Assembly: GCA_965644295.1 (NCBI GenBank)
Contig: CBFFRP010000297.1
Location: forward strand, 992,001 to 1,056,000
Reading direction: 5' to 3'
DNA: 64,000 bases
Origin: Paraphysomonas bandaiensis
Lineage: Eukaryota; Protista; Chrysophyceae
Position 1 is the stretch's first letter; each line of letters begins with the position of its first letter. The position numbers and the translations under genes were made by a program. The notes under the pieces were generated by a model. That model did no database searches and had not been told where the DNA came from. It saw only the letters and a program-made list of their open reading frames with translations. Positions 14,143-27,581 of this stretch are shown in pieces.

Positions 14143-14732
14143 AGTATTATACAGTGTTAATGTATGATAATGTATGTACAAGTCGAGTCGTGGTATACAC
14201 AGTCTCGTGTGTTTATAGGTATGTATATACAGATAGCATGATGATATATAGCAGTACAATGCACGTATGATACATACATATAGCAAATTAGTGTAGTATA
14301 ATAAAATGAAGTGAAATGAAGTGTATTTTCTTCTATTCACTTCACTTCATTCTAACACTTCTTGATTCCCTGACACATTTTGACGTTATATATACGGTAT
14401 GTATGTACACTACACAACACAACACAACTGTAGATGTCCGTACTATATACAGACATACGGTCTAAGATGGAGTACAGCACAATACGGCTAAAATACAATG
14501 GTGACTGCTATTGCTATTCTGTCATATACACAGCGTGTATATGTGTGTGCGTGTATACCATATACAATATACACATGCATGTATGAGTGTGTATAGTACT
14601 ATTCGCCCCACATACACCCAGGAGGGATACACGCATCTAGCTCTCTATATATACTGTTCAGTGTTATATTATATACACTCCACTCAGTTTCTAGTTTACA
14701 ATCTTTATCACATTAATAAGAAATTTATTACC

Positions 14733-15603
14733 ATGTCTTGGGAAGGAGATGATAGAGATACGAATCCTTTTGCGGTAAGTTACGTTGTAATAGCCTATAT
14801 TTCATGCGAGGGATTAACTGTGTCATAGAGTCGACAACAACACAATAATCCTCTCCTGGGAGCCCATGCAAACTCATCATCAGAATCACCTGAGTGGTTA
14901 GAAGATCCACAAGCTGCTGGTGGTGATGCTGGTCCCACAGATCCGTGAGTTCCCTCTATTGGTAGTGTGCTATTGTAACATGTCTTTAGGGAGGTTCCAA
15001 AGATGATATTCTACACACGTATCATCAATTTGGTGCTTAGCATATGCATGTTGCTGGCATCACTACTGAGCCTTGTTACCACTGAGAGTATTACGACTGG
15101 GGTCTTGGCATGCTATGTGGTTGTCATGTCGTGCCTTTTGTGTTGCTACGAAACCCACTTGAAACAAGTTTCGAAAGTCATTGCTCTCAATTTTGGTTTC
15201 CTTTTCAGTGCAAAATCTAGATGCATTTTTATGGTATTCGTCGCGAGCCTATTGTTTTCATTTAGCTTGTTTGGGAAGTTAATCGGGTGTGCTATGCTTG
15301 CAAACGCTGCCTTAAATGTGTATGTGATCGTCAAACATCCGACATTCGAGGATGCTCAGCGACAGAGTGCACAGAAAGACATATCTGACTTTTTAGCAGC
15401 TCATCCTGGCCTCGCCAAGCAAGCGATGGCAATGGGTGTTCAAGCTGGTAGCGACTTCGCAAGGGAAAACCCAGGTGTGTGTTGTGTATTGCATGTAACC
15501 ATTATATAATCTCCAAATTGTTTATATAGAAATGGCTAGACAAGGTGCTGAAACTGTAGTACGTGAGAGCATGAATTCAAAAGGCACATATATCCAGGTT
15601 TAG
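14733..15603 (+). CDS. COPI-associated/TVP15-like four-TM Golgi membrane protein, multi-exon
   Basis: Four hydrophobic segments and NFGFLFSAKSRCIFMVFVASL. Start MSWEGDD at 14733, stop at 15603. Confidence 0.72.
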
Positions 15604-16992
15604 TTATTTTCACTATATTAGAATTCGTGTTTGGCCGCATTAGTTGTGAATATATGAGGTGTCAACTTGTGAGGATAATAAGCAATTAGCATTTCGTATC
15701 TGCTTCTTGTTGCATATAGTGCTTTATTTAGACAACTAGCCCACAGATTACCGATGGCTACCCCCTTAATCACGATTCTGTTGAAGTAATTATTCAAGGA
15801 AAGTGTGGTACGATGTGGTGTTTATTTTAGTTTTTAAAGCGACAGAGGTCGTCATTCAAGTATTTTATTATCTAATCATGATTATGCTCGCATGTACTAG
15901 TTACGTCTTGAAGAATAATCCCCATATAGTAGATAGCAGAAAGGACTAACGGTCAAAGTAACCAATGGGGCATTCAGCAATTTCGAAAATCGAAATATAT
16001 GCAGATATACAGACATAGACCTTAAGTTCTCTCAATGCTGACTTTTTATTTCTCAATAATGCTTGCTATGATGTGTATTGATCAAATCCGTTGTGTGAAT
16101 TGTGAATATACCAGCGTAGGCTGTTTCGTAATAATACTAGCAAGTCACTTCTATAGAAATGTGGCATTCGTTATGTATGTCTTTTGTTAAAACATATACT
16201 GCCCCATTCCTAGAGTGTGCCGTGTTTATTGAACTAAGCAATGAATAGATTTTATTAAAATCCAGGTGCCAAAGCAAGCTCCAGCTACATCTGCACTATA
16301 CTTGCATAGTCCATACATAATTACAAAACGTGGATGCTTTCTTTTTCAAAGTTATGATTTACATATAGCAACTACGTCAGAGGTGACCGATTCTGTATTA
16401 GTATATAGTATATATCATATTCTTTGGTGCGACTGCAATGCAACTTCCCCAACTCGTTTTTTAATAAACATCACAATCTCTAGTACTTATTAAATGGAAC
16501 TCATTCATAGTATTCACAAGGATGGAGGATATATGCAAGATGCATAAGTGACTTCATAGTTCGATTATCAGCTTAATATTTTAAGGAAGGGGTGGAATGA
16601 TATCTGCAGTGATATTGCATGTAGATACCAAAAAAAACAGGCTTTGTCTAGAAAACCAAAGATTTTTAAAATTTTACTTCATTTTTGTGTTCCAAAAACA
16701 GCAGTATTTTAGATATCTTTTCATAAAACACGAATTTTAAGACAATTATATAGGCCAATGAAAGTATGATATTAGTATTATGGCTATTTTAATTGGCTCA
16801 GTAATTGTCCAACACATCAACAGTGTTGCATAGCAGTGTTAGAGCAGCATTATATGCATATATATATATATATACAGTACATACATGATGATCTCATAGA
16901 TTATAAGTATTCATCTGCTTTGAATTGATTCCATACTTATATCTATCTTATGTTTCTTGATGAGATATAATCAGGACATTCATTAAAGTGTT

Positions 16993-18458
16993 ATGGGCTG
17001 TATATTAAGCTGTATTGACTGGTTATGTCCATCATCAGAGTATTTACTTATACCTGAAGGTTAAATACATGATTTCATTACATTTATTGTTTTAATTTCT
17101 TTGAACAGATGCATCAGATAGAAAAGACATTGAGGTAGTTACTATAATAATAAGTTATTAGATAATCTGCTTTACATATAGGCGTCTATACCCTCGAATG
17201 TACCTACTCCTCCTATGAGAAGTATACAATCCATAGTTTATGTTATAGTAGTAACGTGTTTTGTGCGTATAGAGGGTGGATATTATGATGATTATGTTAT
17301 GGCCAACAAGCTAGGTGAAGGGTCGTTTTCCGTTGTTAAAATGGCATTCAATAAGGTCTTGTTGAGCCATTCCCAATGCTTTTTTAATGATAAATCAGCA
17401 AACTGGAGAATCTGCAGCAGTAAAGATTATAAATAAACGTCGTCTTGCGAAAGGACCTCAAACTACTCTACTCTGGATGGAGATCAATATTCTACGTGAC
17501 ATGAACCATCCTAATATTGTCAAGTGAGCACCATACTTTGCATCATTATAAAGATTTACCGTGAGTCAACAGACTATATGACGTTTATGAGGAAGGACCG
17601 AGCTACCTCATCGTTACAGAACTGGTCCAAGGTGGTGAATTGTTCGATTGTATTGTACGTAGGACGTACTACTCCGAGAGTAGTGCCCGGAAAATTATCA
17701 CCCAAATTTTGGATGCGGTGGACTACCTTCATAACACCGTCGCAATTGTACACAGGTACTCTACACATCTATATACTTAGAGATCTAAATTAAAATATTA
17801 CGTGTGTAGGGATATTAAACCCGAGAACATTCTTATTACAACAGGTAAGGGTGTGGCTCGAATGCACTAATCTCTATAGACCAGCTGTACATAACTCTAA
17901 ATACCAACAGACTGTGAAAACGGTATTATAAAACTTGCGGACTTTGGTTTTGCAAAAAAAATTTCTGATCTAACAGAGTCGGAAGTAATGCTGGGAACAC
18001 CAGCATATATTGCACCTGAGATTCTCAACGGCCGCCCGTATGGTCCTGAAGTTGACATATGGAGCCTAGGAGTAATATGCTACATACTTCTCAGCGGACA
18101 GCCACCGTTTCAGGATGAGGATGACATTGGGTTATATCATCAGATCGAATCTGGTGCGTATGACTTTACACAGAGTGAGTGGTCAGCTGTATCACCCTCT
18201 GCAGTAAATTTTGTCATCTGCATGTTGACTGTAAGTCAGTCTAAACGGTACAAAATAGCTCAGCTGAAGCAGCACCATTGGATAACACAATCATCTGAGT
18301 ATGAGTGTAGTTGCCGTGACATATGTCTGGATCACCTCAGGAGATACCATGCTCGCAAAAAGTTAAAAGGAGCTGTAAACCTAGTAATTGCAACTAACAG
18401 GTTGGGTAGGGGTAAAACGTATCAAACTTCTCCTAATACGAACGGTGGTCAGTCGTGA
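16993..18458 (+). CDS. CaMK-family Ser/Thr protein kinase, multi-exon, with an N-terminal MGC lipidation motif
   Basis: LGEGSFSVVK, AVKII, HPNIV, GGELFD, HRDIKPEN, DFG, GTPAYIAPE, DIWSLGV, and a C-terminal ARKKLKGAV regulatory helix. The 5' exons splice in frame from MGCILSC. Confidence 0.9.
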
Positions 18459-18789
18459 GTGAGGTATAAGTAGGTATGATACTGACGAAGAATTTTATTG
18501 AAACTTCTAAACTTTGATTTATATAAATTGATGAAAGTGAATATATACACATCAGTCTTGTAATAAATATGTTTTGATTTATACACATAGGAGTATTAAA
18601 AATAGGAGCATGTAATATATGATCTTTGTTTCGATTCTATATTCTCAGTCGGACTCTCCTGTATATATATATTGAAAGTCTTATTATTAGCAATAGGCGT
18701 TAAAAGCCTGCACCGATGCATTTCGTAGCTAGATGAATGCTAGACAAACTAGTTAGACCTCTACCTGTAACTAATCAGTACATCAGTAC

Positions 18790-19160
18790 ACACTTTTTTT
18801 ATCCAACTATTTAACGCTACGGATGCTGCTTGTGCGTCGCCGCAAGCACCAAGGTACGACCATTTCCGCTCTGAGTTCTTAAGGTGAACATCCCGGATGC
18901 TTGACTTCAGCAGGTTACCCTTCAGGTGGGCCCTGTCCCGGATGCCCTTGAGGAGGGCTCATTCCCGGATGCCTGTTTATTCGTCAGGGCCCAAAGACGT
19001 CTACACAAGTGACACTTATTGGTGTCCCTTGTTCCATACAAGCATTCGGCTATGAGTGGGCAAAAGAATATCTGCTGACTATGTTTGCGGCTCACGTTAG
19101 TTTCCTAGAGAGAGTCTCTCCGGTACTTATCCCCCAGAACACCACGAAATGGTGCGAGAC
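18790..19160 (-). repeat. Dispersed GC-rich structured repeat, copy 1 (SINE-like/unclassified)
   Basis: Reverse complement matches 41140-41610. Repeated GCATCCGGG motifs and an A8 tail on the minus strand. Confidence 0.7.
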
Positions 19161-19790
19161 CTAAAAACCTGATGTTGTCAAGGTGAGAGAAGATGGAAGA
19201 TGCTATAGTAAATGTACAACTAGTAAATGTTAACTTGATAGCTCGTGTTTAGGTATTTCACTCCAAGAAATACTCTTGTTGAGTATAGATGGCAAGTCAA
19301 AAAGTGCTTTACAGATCAAACACATTTCCTTAAAGTCAAATAGTCCAACAATAATAAAATGACATATGAGATATATACACAACAAACATGTTCTTACCGG
19401 ATACTCCTTCGCTCATGTCTCTGTTGTCTATAATATGAGTATGAGTGTATTAATGAGTAACTGACTCTGACAAAGACAACAAACACTCCATAAGAACATA
19501 TCATGCATATCAACCATTATAATTCATGCATGATCTTGATCTCTGCTGCATATGATTATTATCCGTATGGGCAGTCAGCATCTCATTTTTCGGAAATAAA
19601 TTGAAGTAAATATACTCTATATTACTGCTATACAACTACGTCTAGAATACAGATAATTGTTGCCTCAATAACAGAGGTATCTTGGAACAAAAATACACAA
19701 AGGATGCCGATACGTCAGCCATATCTAGATATGCAGACAGCCACATCAGTGTACACTATAATGTATGGACATATAAAGTAAATACCGCAG

Positions 19791-19907
19791 TTTATTTCAT
19801 AAAAAGTCATCGTTTTTTCAGTGAAAAGTGAAAAAAAGTGACTTTTCGATGAAAAAACGATGACTTTTCAATAAAATAATAAACAAATCAATAAAATCGA
19901 CATGCAC
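19791..19907. repeat. Palindromic ~90 bp unit plus flank, copy 1 (MITE-like)
   Basis: Inverted arms AAAAGTCATCGTTTTTTCA / TGAAAAAACGATGACTTTT; second copy near 32069. Confidence 0.75.
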
Positions 19908-20170
19908 AACACTTCCTGTGTATGTAGCATACAATATGTTAGGCAAAAAATCACCCTTTTTTGTAGATCAAAAAACAGCATACAACTAAAAATCCTGAAG
20001 TTTTTGCATATTCTTACAAATAGAATTCTTAGAAAAAATTATTTCCAGGAATCCTAAAATTGGATTCATGTGATGATCATTCTGCATATACACAATGCAG
20101 ACTTATCCATACATCAGAAGATACATTCCATATCACAAACACAGTGCAGACAAGTTCTAAAAACAATATA

Positions 20171-21289
20171 ATGGCCGTCAATATGAAAACTCCTAATGGC
20201 AATGACATTGACAAGTATGACGAAGAGCTAAGACACTTTCGAGCGTCTTATCTCTATCCGTATACAGTTGACTATAAGACACTAGGGAGAGAGTCTTTCA
20301 TTCAGCACGCAGCGATGCAGTCTGGAATAGCAGCTGGAAGTAAAGAATATGCTATTTACAGAGCACTCTCCTCCTTTGTGACTAAGTTCTGTTCCTGCCT
20401 TTTACACGGTGCCACCATGCAAGCAAAGAGTGATGATCCGAATGTAAGAGAGAAAAAATTTAATGAGTTATTCACAACTAGTTTTGTGGTTGGTACCGCT
20501 CCTACCCTATTTGCCGAGTTGCTTGCCCATTTTGGATTGGAGCACGCGGTTGAGAGTTGTGTTGCTTATTTCACTTCCGCGTGTGCGAATGGTCCTCATG
20601 CTCATATATTCAATATGTCCTGCAAAGTATTTGCTGATACATGTTTAGCTGGCACCGTGGGTGTTACTACTACTCTCCTCTCCTTTATAATGCAGACACT
20701 GGTGCAGTATCTTCGCAAAGAAAGCATTACAATTGGGGACAACATAGTCACTGGATTGCTACTTGGGGTGTCTGCTGGAATTTGTACCTTTCTAATAAAA
20801 GGTTTTTTGGGTGTATTCGTAGGGGGGCTGATGGCTCAGGCGATAACAGATTTGCGATTGCGTGCTCAAAGATCTGATAAAAGCGTACTTAGTTTTATGG
20901 GAAACACCATTTATTATGTAAGAGAATATTGTACATTCTTCCGTATAAAATGAGTCATACTAATGATGTAGGCTGTACGTTATTATCCAAACACACTCGT
21001 TGGATTATTTTACTCCCCCCTTCCGAACCGGAAATATGACTACGACGGGCCTTTCTCTGATCTGATGGCGTGTGGTATATGTTTTGAGCTCATGTATGAT
21101 GCATCTCGTCTCAATGGTCATTGCTACTGTAAGCGCTGTATTTTGCGACGAGTGAGAGATACAGGTCGCGACTGCAGCAATATTCCCACAACGGAGGACG
21201 ATATTATTCCAGCAGCGGAATTGAATGCTATCATCAAGACGTTTGCAACGGAGAATAATATCTCCACTGTTTTGATTGAGGACGTTTAA
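20171..21289 (+). CDS. Hypothetical protein with Gly-rich hydrophobic helices and a C-terminal RING/U-box-like domain, 2 exons
   Basis: An intron at ~20918-20971 joins the ORFs. CGICFELMYDA..GHCYCKRCI...DIIP..LNAII fits a RING/U-box pattern. Confidence 0.65.
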
Positions 21290-22026
21290 TCGCCCAGCAA
21301 TGAAACTCTTGAGGACTTAAGCCTGGTCTATGAGAGCGCTTAAATTTGAGTAATTCTAATATTTAATATTTAATGATGTGATGAAACAAATTATATTTAT
21401 ACTTGCACAAGCTATTTCCATGACTACTCGGCGGGAAATAACTATATAGTAATGTTGACAATTTATAAGTGTGCTCCATTTCTATTACGTAGCTAGTGTT
21501 TGTGTTGAATATTACTTTAGCACACGGTAAGAATTTCTCCCTTCTTTTATCATCATCACATTTATGTAGAAAAATCAACACCTCGTCATATGCTATTCCT
21601 TCAGCATCCTTCTGTGGTAGGGGTACATTGGTTGTAGCTACTGTATGGAAATTCGGGGATATATAGGTTTGAGTTGACCTAACATAAGGGATGTAAGTTT
21701 ATATTGTTATTCCCTTATGTACGTTGATTTTTATTTTGTTTTACTAGTGTTAATTGTTGAAGACTTATTTCCTCTTACAGAAAGCACGATACATATTATA
21801 GCTATGCCTGCTAGATATTAGTATTTCAAAATTATGCAGATATAACTAGGTAGTAGTTTTTTTGCACTCTATACATTCGTATGGTATATGCTCCATGTGT
21901 ATAAAAGTCATAGTGTCTCCATATAACTTATAACTTATAACTTATATATGACAATATAGAATGGTAGCAGTAGATATGACATAAATTTTTAAATGACAAT
22001 GAATGATGACCGATGTTGATCACAAT

Positions 22027-22570
22027 TTAGTAGAGATTATACTTCGGGTGATTGAGCCTCGCCATATCATGACTAACATTGACGGTCTTATCATTCCTGT
22101 TCATGTGCACAGATGATGTAGAGTAGGAGATAGTCTTTTTACAACACCCAACACTACACTTAACTCTTCTTACTCTTAAACTCTCAACTCTTAACTTTGC
22201 TACTTCTATCTTCTCAACTTCTGCTATATCTAAAAATCTACCTATATATCTCCGAATATCTAATTCTAGAAGCGCCATAAATAGCTAGTTTTCTACTTCC
22301 AGAAATAATCATGTAGAATATCCGTACTTCTATATCACCCTACAGAATACCTACGTATACCATCAATACTGTACTGTTTACCGTAAGCGTCCGTTACGTA
22401 CTTATGTACACTCCAACTCTATATCTGACGTTAATACTCGTATCTTCGTATCCTCTAATCTACATCTCATAACTACCATCTAGATCTATCTCTTCTCATA
22501 GGACAACCTACATTACTTCTTCCTTATTCTTGTGCCATAACAAACCTCCTAAATCACCCATACTTGTCAT
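22027..22570 (-). pseudogene. Decayed ORF with strand-biased C-to-T changes
   Basis: The minus frame from 22570 (MTSMGDLGGLLWHKNKEEVM*VVL*EEIDLDG...) is interrupted by stops, and the region is strongly G-depleted on the plus strand. Confidence 0.4.
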
Positions 22571-22708
22571 ATTGACAATTGACCATTTTCAGATGATTAA
22601 GATCGTTGTAAGAGAAGTTTAATTTAGTCAAACTAGATGGATTACTTTATTAGAATTGTATACACAATTGTGTGTGTTGTCATGTAACACATGTCAACAA
22701 CATGATAA

Positions 22709-23015
22709 TATTGAACTACAACCAACTCCTACGTGCGTACTTGAAGTTTGGTAAAGTCAATCGCTAGTAGTTATCCTGTATTCTATGTAGCAATGAAATA
22801 CAGAATATACATGACTACAGTATAGGAGTAGCTATTACAAGTATACAAAGAAACTGAAAATATAGTAGCTGTTAAAGATATGATTTGTAGAACAGAATGT
22901 TGATGTTGGTAAATGACGTGGTTCCTAACTCACAGGGCTACAACATCATAAACTTACTATATCTCCTATAATATCAATCAGTCAATATTGCACTAACTAA
23001 AAGCGTAAATTAATA
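22709..23015 (+). repeat. 5' LTR (TATTGA...TTAATA)
   Basis: Direct repeat of 27582-27888. Confidence 0.95.
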
Positions 23016-26000
23016 TGGCAGCGGATGGAAATTTCACGAATGTCGCCTCAGGCTCAAAGGTACCTCCCTTCGAGGAACTGAACTTCAAGAAATTCAAGAA
23101 GTTCTTCACCTCATTCCTCATGAGACACAATCGAGCTCATCTTGTCCTCTCAAAGGATAAACCAAGGCACATTCATGATCTAGACTCTACAGTCCCAGCG
23201 GGAGCTCATATGACTGATGCACAGAAGAAGCGACTACGCAAAGCGAAGAAACTCTGGAACACCCGGAACGAGACCGCGTACTCCTTCCTGATGGAAGTGT
23301 GCAATGCTCACCCAAAAGCAGGCACAACAGCGGCTCTCTACGAAGGAAGTACAGCAAAAGGGTTACTACAGGCACTGGAAGAGAGATTTCTCAATGTTGA
23401 AAAGAATACAGTACAGGCAGAGGTCACAAAGTTCAATTCAATGAAGATTACCTCAAGTCAGTCAGGAGCAGAGTTCGTCGACAGCGTTGAAGCCCAGGCC
23501 AAGATTCTCGAGAATCTAGGTCGTGAAGTCACGGAAGACGACAAGCTCACTCGACTAAAGGAAGGTCTCACAGACAAGAGATATTCCCAACTAGCACACA
23601 GCCTGTATACAGCAAACGATGTGACATACGCAAGAGCAAGCAGCCTAATCAAAGGGTATGAAAACACATCATTCGGCAAGCATGCGTTGCAAAATTCAGG
23701 GGAAGACAGTGTCAATCAAGCAGTGGATGACAGTAAATGGAAAGAGCACAAGAGAAAGGGCAGATGCAATAAGTGCAAGAAACTTGGCCACTTTGCTAGG
23801 GAGTGCAAGACTCCAGAGCATGTCATAAAGAGGATGAAGGGGACAAGATCACAGAGAAAAGATAGAGATCACAGAAACAGGGGTGATAACAAAACAAAGC
23901 TACCTGTGTGTGAGATATGTGACATCCCAGGCCATCAGACTAAAGACTGCTTCCACTTGAAGACTGCTAAAGCTGCAGTGGTCAGTTCTAAACGGGGGCG
24001 AGACTCTAGAAGGGAAACGGCACCCTACAAGAACAAGAAGAAACCGCGAGTGTCTGTACATGATTCAGAAGATGAAGCGGGATACGAATCGATGATATGT
24101 GTGGAAGAAGAGGTGAATCTAGCACAGAGCATGTCAGATGTTATTTATTTAGACAGCGGGTGCAACAAGATGATCCTTACCTCCAAAAACCACATGACCA
24201 ACCTTCAGCGCGCTGATAGGCAGATGTCCACAGCGAACAAAGGTAAACTGTCAATACACAGTGTTGGCGATGTAGGAAGCTTTAAAAAGGTGTACTACGC
24301 ACCTGAAGCAAGTAAGAACCTCGTAGATATGAAGAGCATCACAGATAGGGGTTGTGTTGTGACGTTCGATAATGATGAAGTCGTCATTCGAAATAAGACT
24401 ACGAACAAGACACTCATTAGACAGAGAAGTGTTAATGGATTATATCCAGTTCGACTCGAAGACTTACTTCAGCTTGGAGAAGAATCCTCAGCAGCACTTG
24501 AGGAGCAGGGGTTTGATGACCAGCGAATTCTATGGCACAAAAGACTTGGCCATGTCAACTATGATAAACTGACTGAGTCCGACCGCCGAGGCCTAGTTGA
24601 TGGAATAAATCTGGACAAGAAATATTTCAGAAAAAAAACACAAAAAAACGATATGCAAATGTAATACCTGCATGCGATCGAAACTCACGAGAAAGAACTT
24701 CAGGACTCCACGCCAGTTGATGAACTTAGACAACAACCCAAAGGAGAGAGGGGTGCTCAGTGCAGATACGATGGAAGTCCTAAACACGCCATCGATGGAA
24801 GGCTACAAACATGTGTTACTATTCAAGCACAGTGATGCAAAACATGTATGGGCTTATGGGTTGAAAAACAAGACTGGGAGTGAAGTGTTAAAGTGTATGA
24901 AGGACATGGTAGAGACCCAACTTGTCAAAGAAGGATTGCAACTACGACGATATCATGCAGATGGCGCAGGAGAACTAGTAGGGCAACATGTCAGGCAGTA
25001 CTTACGTGAAACCACCAGCACAAGGACTGTACAGGTTACTTGGACTCCACGTGACACACCCGAAATGAATTCGCTATCGGAACGCACTAATCGTACAGTG
25101 AAGGAGATGGCCCTTGCTATATTGCTCGATAGTGGCATGCCATCAGTATTTTGGTTCAAAGCAGTCTTGCATGCTGTATATCTGATCAACAGGTTACCTA
25201 CGAAGACAACGAAAGGATACATCTCACCTTTTGAGTATATTACTGGAACCGCACCAGATGTGAGTGACTTGAAGATCTGGGGCTGCAAGGCATGGGCTAT
25301 TGTGCCGAAGGAGCAGCGCCGCAAAGAGTGGAAAGAAAAGGGAAAACCTGGATACTATATGGGACAATGTCAACAACCTGTTGGACACCAAATATATATT
25401 CCAGACCTGAATGCTATTATTGTTGCAGTCAATGCACAGTTTGATGAGTCAATTCCAGAGCGTTCACAGGAGTATTTCGACGAAATAGATAATCTACAAA
25501 TCGACACCTCAGAAACAGCAGAGAGTGTAAATGACTATCAGTACCTGGTGGGCCTCAGACATCTTGATGGACACCTGTGTTATGTTACCACCAGAGTGAT
25601 AGAGAGAAGAGGAGTCATTGTTGCATATAGGAGATTAGATATGAAAGGAAATACTACCGAGGAGCAAACTCCAATTCATATCAAAGATGTAGTAAAGATG
25701 ACTCACTCTACAAAGTGTCAGACCGACAAGTTTAATAGTTTGCGAAATGAGTTGGATCAGACTTGTAATGACAGTGACAATGAACAGAGGACTCCTGACC
25801 GCTCAAATCGGGGCGCATCTTCAACAGGTGGGGCAGATCGAAATCCCAGAACTGAAAAACGACCTCGAAAAAAACGGCACATTGTTAACGTTGGTGTCCT
25901 CGGCGATGTCTCATTGTTTCTTGATTCCTCCAACAGCACAATTAAAGAGCCACAGACGCTGGCAGAAGCAAAGAAGACTCCACAGAGAACATACTGGATT

Positions 26001-27533
26001 GAAGCTACCAGGAAGGAGGTGCACAAGCTTGAACGAAGGACATGCTGGAAGATTGTCCGAAGGCCGAAACACCGAAAAATCATAAAATCTAAATTGGTCT
26101 TTAAAGTAAAGCGCGACCATCTTGGAAAAATTAAGAAGTTCAAAGTTCGACTTGTGGCGAAAGGGTTTACTCAAGAACAAGGAGTCGACTATAATGAGAC
26201 ATTCTCCCCAGTAGCTAAAGGTGTATCATTTAGGCTAGCACTAGCACTGGCTCTGCGATACAATCTGCAACTCCGTCAACTCGATGTAGAAACGGCATTT
26301 CCGTATGCAGATCTGGACGAAGACGTGTTTATGTCTCCACCTGCAGGAATAGATATTCCACAAGGCTGTTGTTTGAAGATTCTGAAGAGTTTGTATGGCC
26401 TAAAACAAGCGCCTCGAAATTGGCATTCAATGCTGAAGGACAGTATAAAGGCGATGGGGTATAAACAATGTGTTCTTGACCCATGTTTATTTGTACTCAA
26501 GGGTACTGATGATAACCTACATATGATACTTGTGTATGTAGATGATATCATTGTGCTCAGCTCTGACAGCCGTCATATTGAAGAAGTCATCAGCGCCTTT
26601 AAGACTCAATATGCCATGCAAGATATGGGGGACCTTAAGCATTATTTAGGTCTTACCATTGAGCGTCATAATGGCCAGATTAAGTTACATCAGTCTGCAT
26701 ATGCTAAAGATGTTGTGGCCAGATTCAATCACTTGTTGTCAGAAAAGAAGAGACGGTGCAAGGCAACCACACCTCTACCACCTGGCCTAAAGTTGTCCAA
26801 GGATGCAAAAGAGGAAGAAACTCGAAAACAGAGAGAATACGTTGATGCATTTCCCTATCAATCTGTTATTGGTGCCTTAATGTATTTGGCAGTGCATACT
26901 AGACCAGACATGGCATATACAGTAAATCTTCTCTCCCGGTTCACCACAAGACCCACGTACGCTGCATGTCAAGCTGCTCTGCATACTTTATTGTATTTAG
27001 AAAATACAGTTGATCAAGGTATCATATTTCCTAATTTCACAGATGAAGACCCTCTATGTGTGTACTCTGATGCAGATTGGGCCGGAGATCTGGATACATG
27101 CAGATCCACTACAGGGTATATCGTATATCTGTGGGGTGCTCCAATTGCATGGCAGTCCAGACTGCAGCCAACAGTGGCTACGTCGACTATGGAAGCTGAA
27201 TATATGGCTGCATATGCTGCAATTCAGGAGATTGTATGGATACGAGGGGTGATGACAGAGCTCGGAATTCGTGGATTTGAGCTCAGTAAGAATGCGTCTC
27301 CAACAATCTTGAATATGGACAGCAAGAGTGCGATTGATCTAGCTCAGAACCCGGTAAATCATAAACGTTCCAAGCATATTCGGATCAAGTATCATTGGAT
27401 TCGAGAGCAAGTGGGAGGCTGTATCGTCAGGCTGAATCATGTGCCAACGGCAGAGATGACAGCAGACGTGATGACTAAAGCCTTGTCCGAGAAGCTGCAC
27501 TATCAGCATGTGCACACTATGGTATCGCACTAA
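23015..27533 (+). CDS. Copia gag-pol polyprotein with one +1 frame break at ~24631-24650
   Basis: Two CCHC knuckles, protease YLDSG, LWHKRLGH..CNTC zinc finger, integrase ADT/ADGAGE/SERTNR, RT YGLKQ and YVDD, RNase H SDADWA and TMEAEY. Confidence 0.93.
23016..23027 (+). promoter_or_regulatory. Putative primer-binding site TGGCAGCGG (tRNA-Leu-like)
   Basis: Begins with TGG immediately after the 5' LTR and is complementary to the CCGCTGCCA 3' end typical of some tRNA-Leu genes. Confidence 0.55.
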
Positions 27534-27572
27534 GTAGACTTGCTCATCACAGTATATTCTGATATGTTCATT

Positions 27573-27581
27573 GAGTGGGAG
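27573..27581 (+). promoter_or_regulatory. Polypurine tract GAGTGGGAG
   Basis: Purine-rich run abutting the 3' LTR. Confidence 0.75.

Noticed and set aside
18975-18995. CTGACGA on the minus strand suggesting a hammerhead ribozyme core
   Set aside because: No stem II followed by GAAA and no cleavage-site helix could be built.
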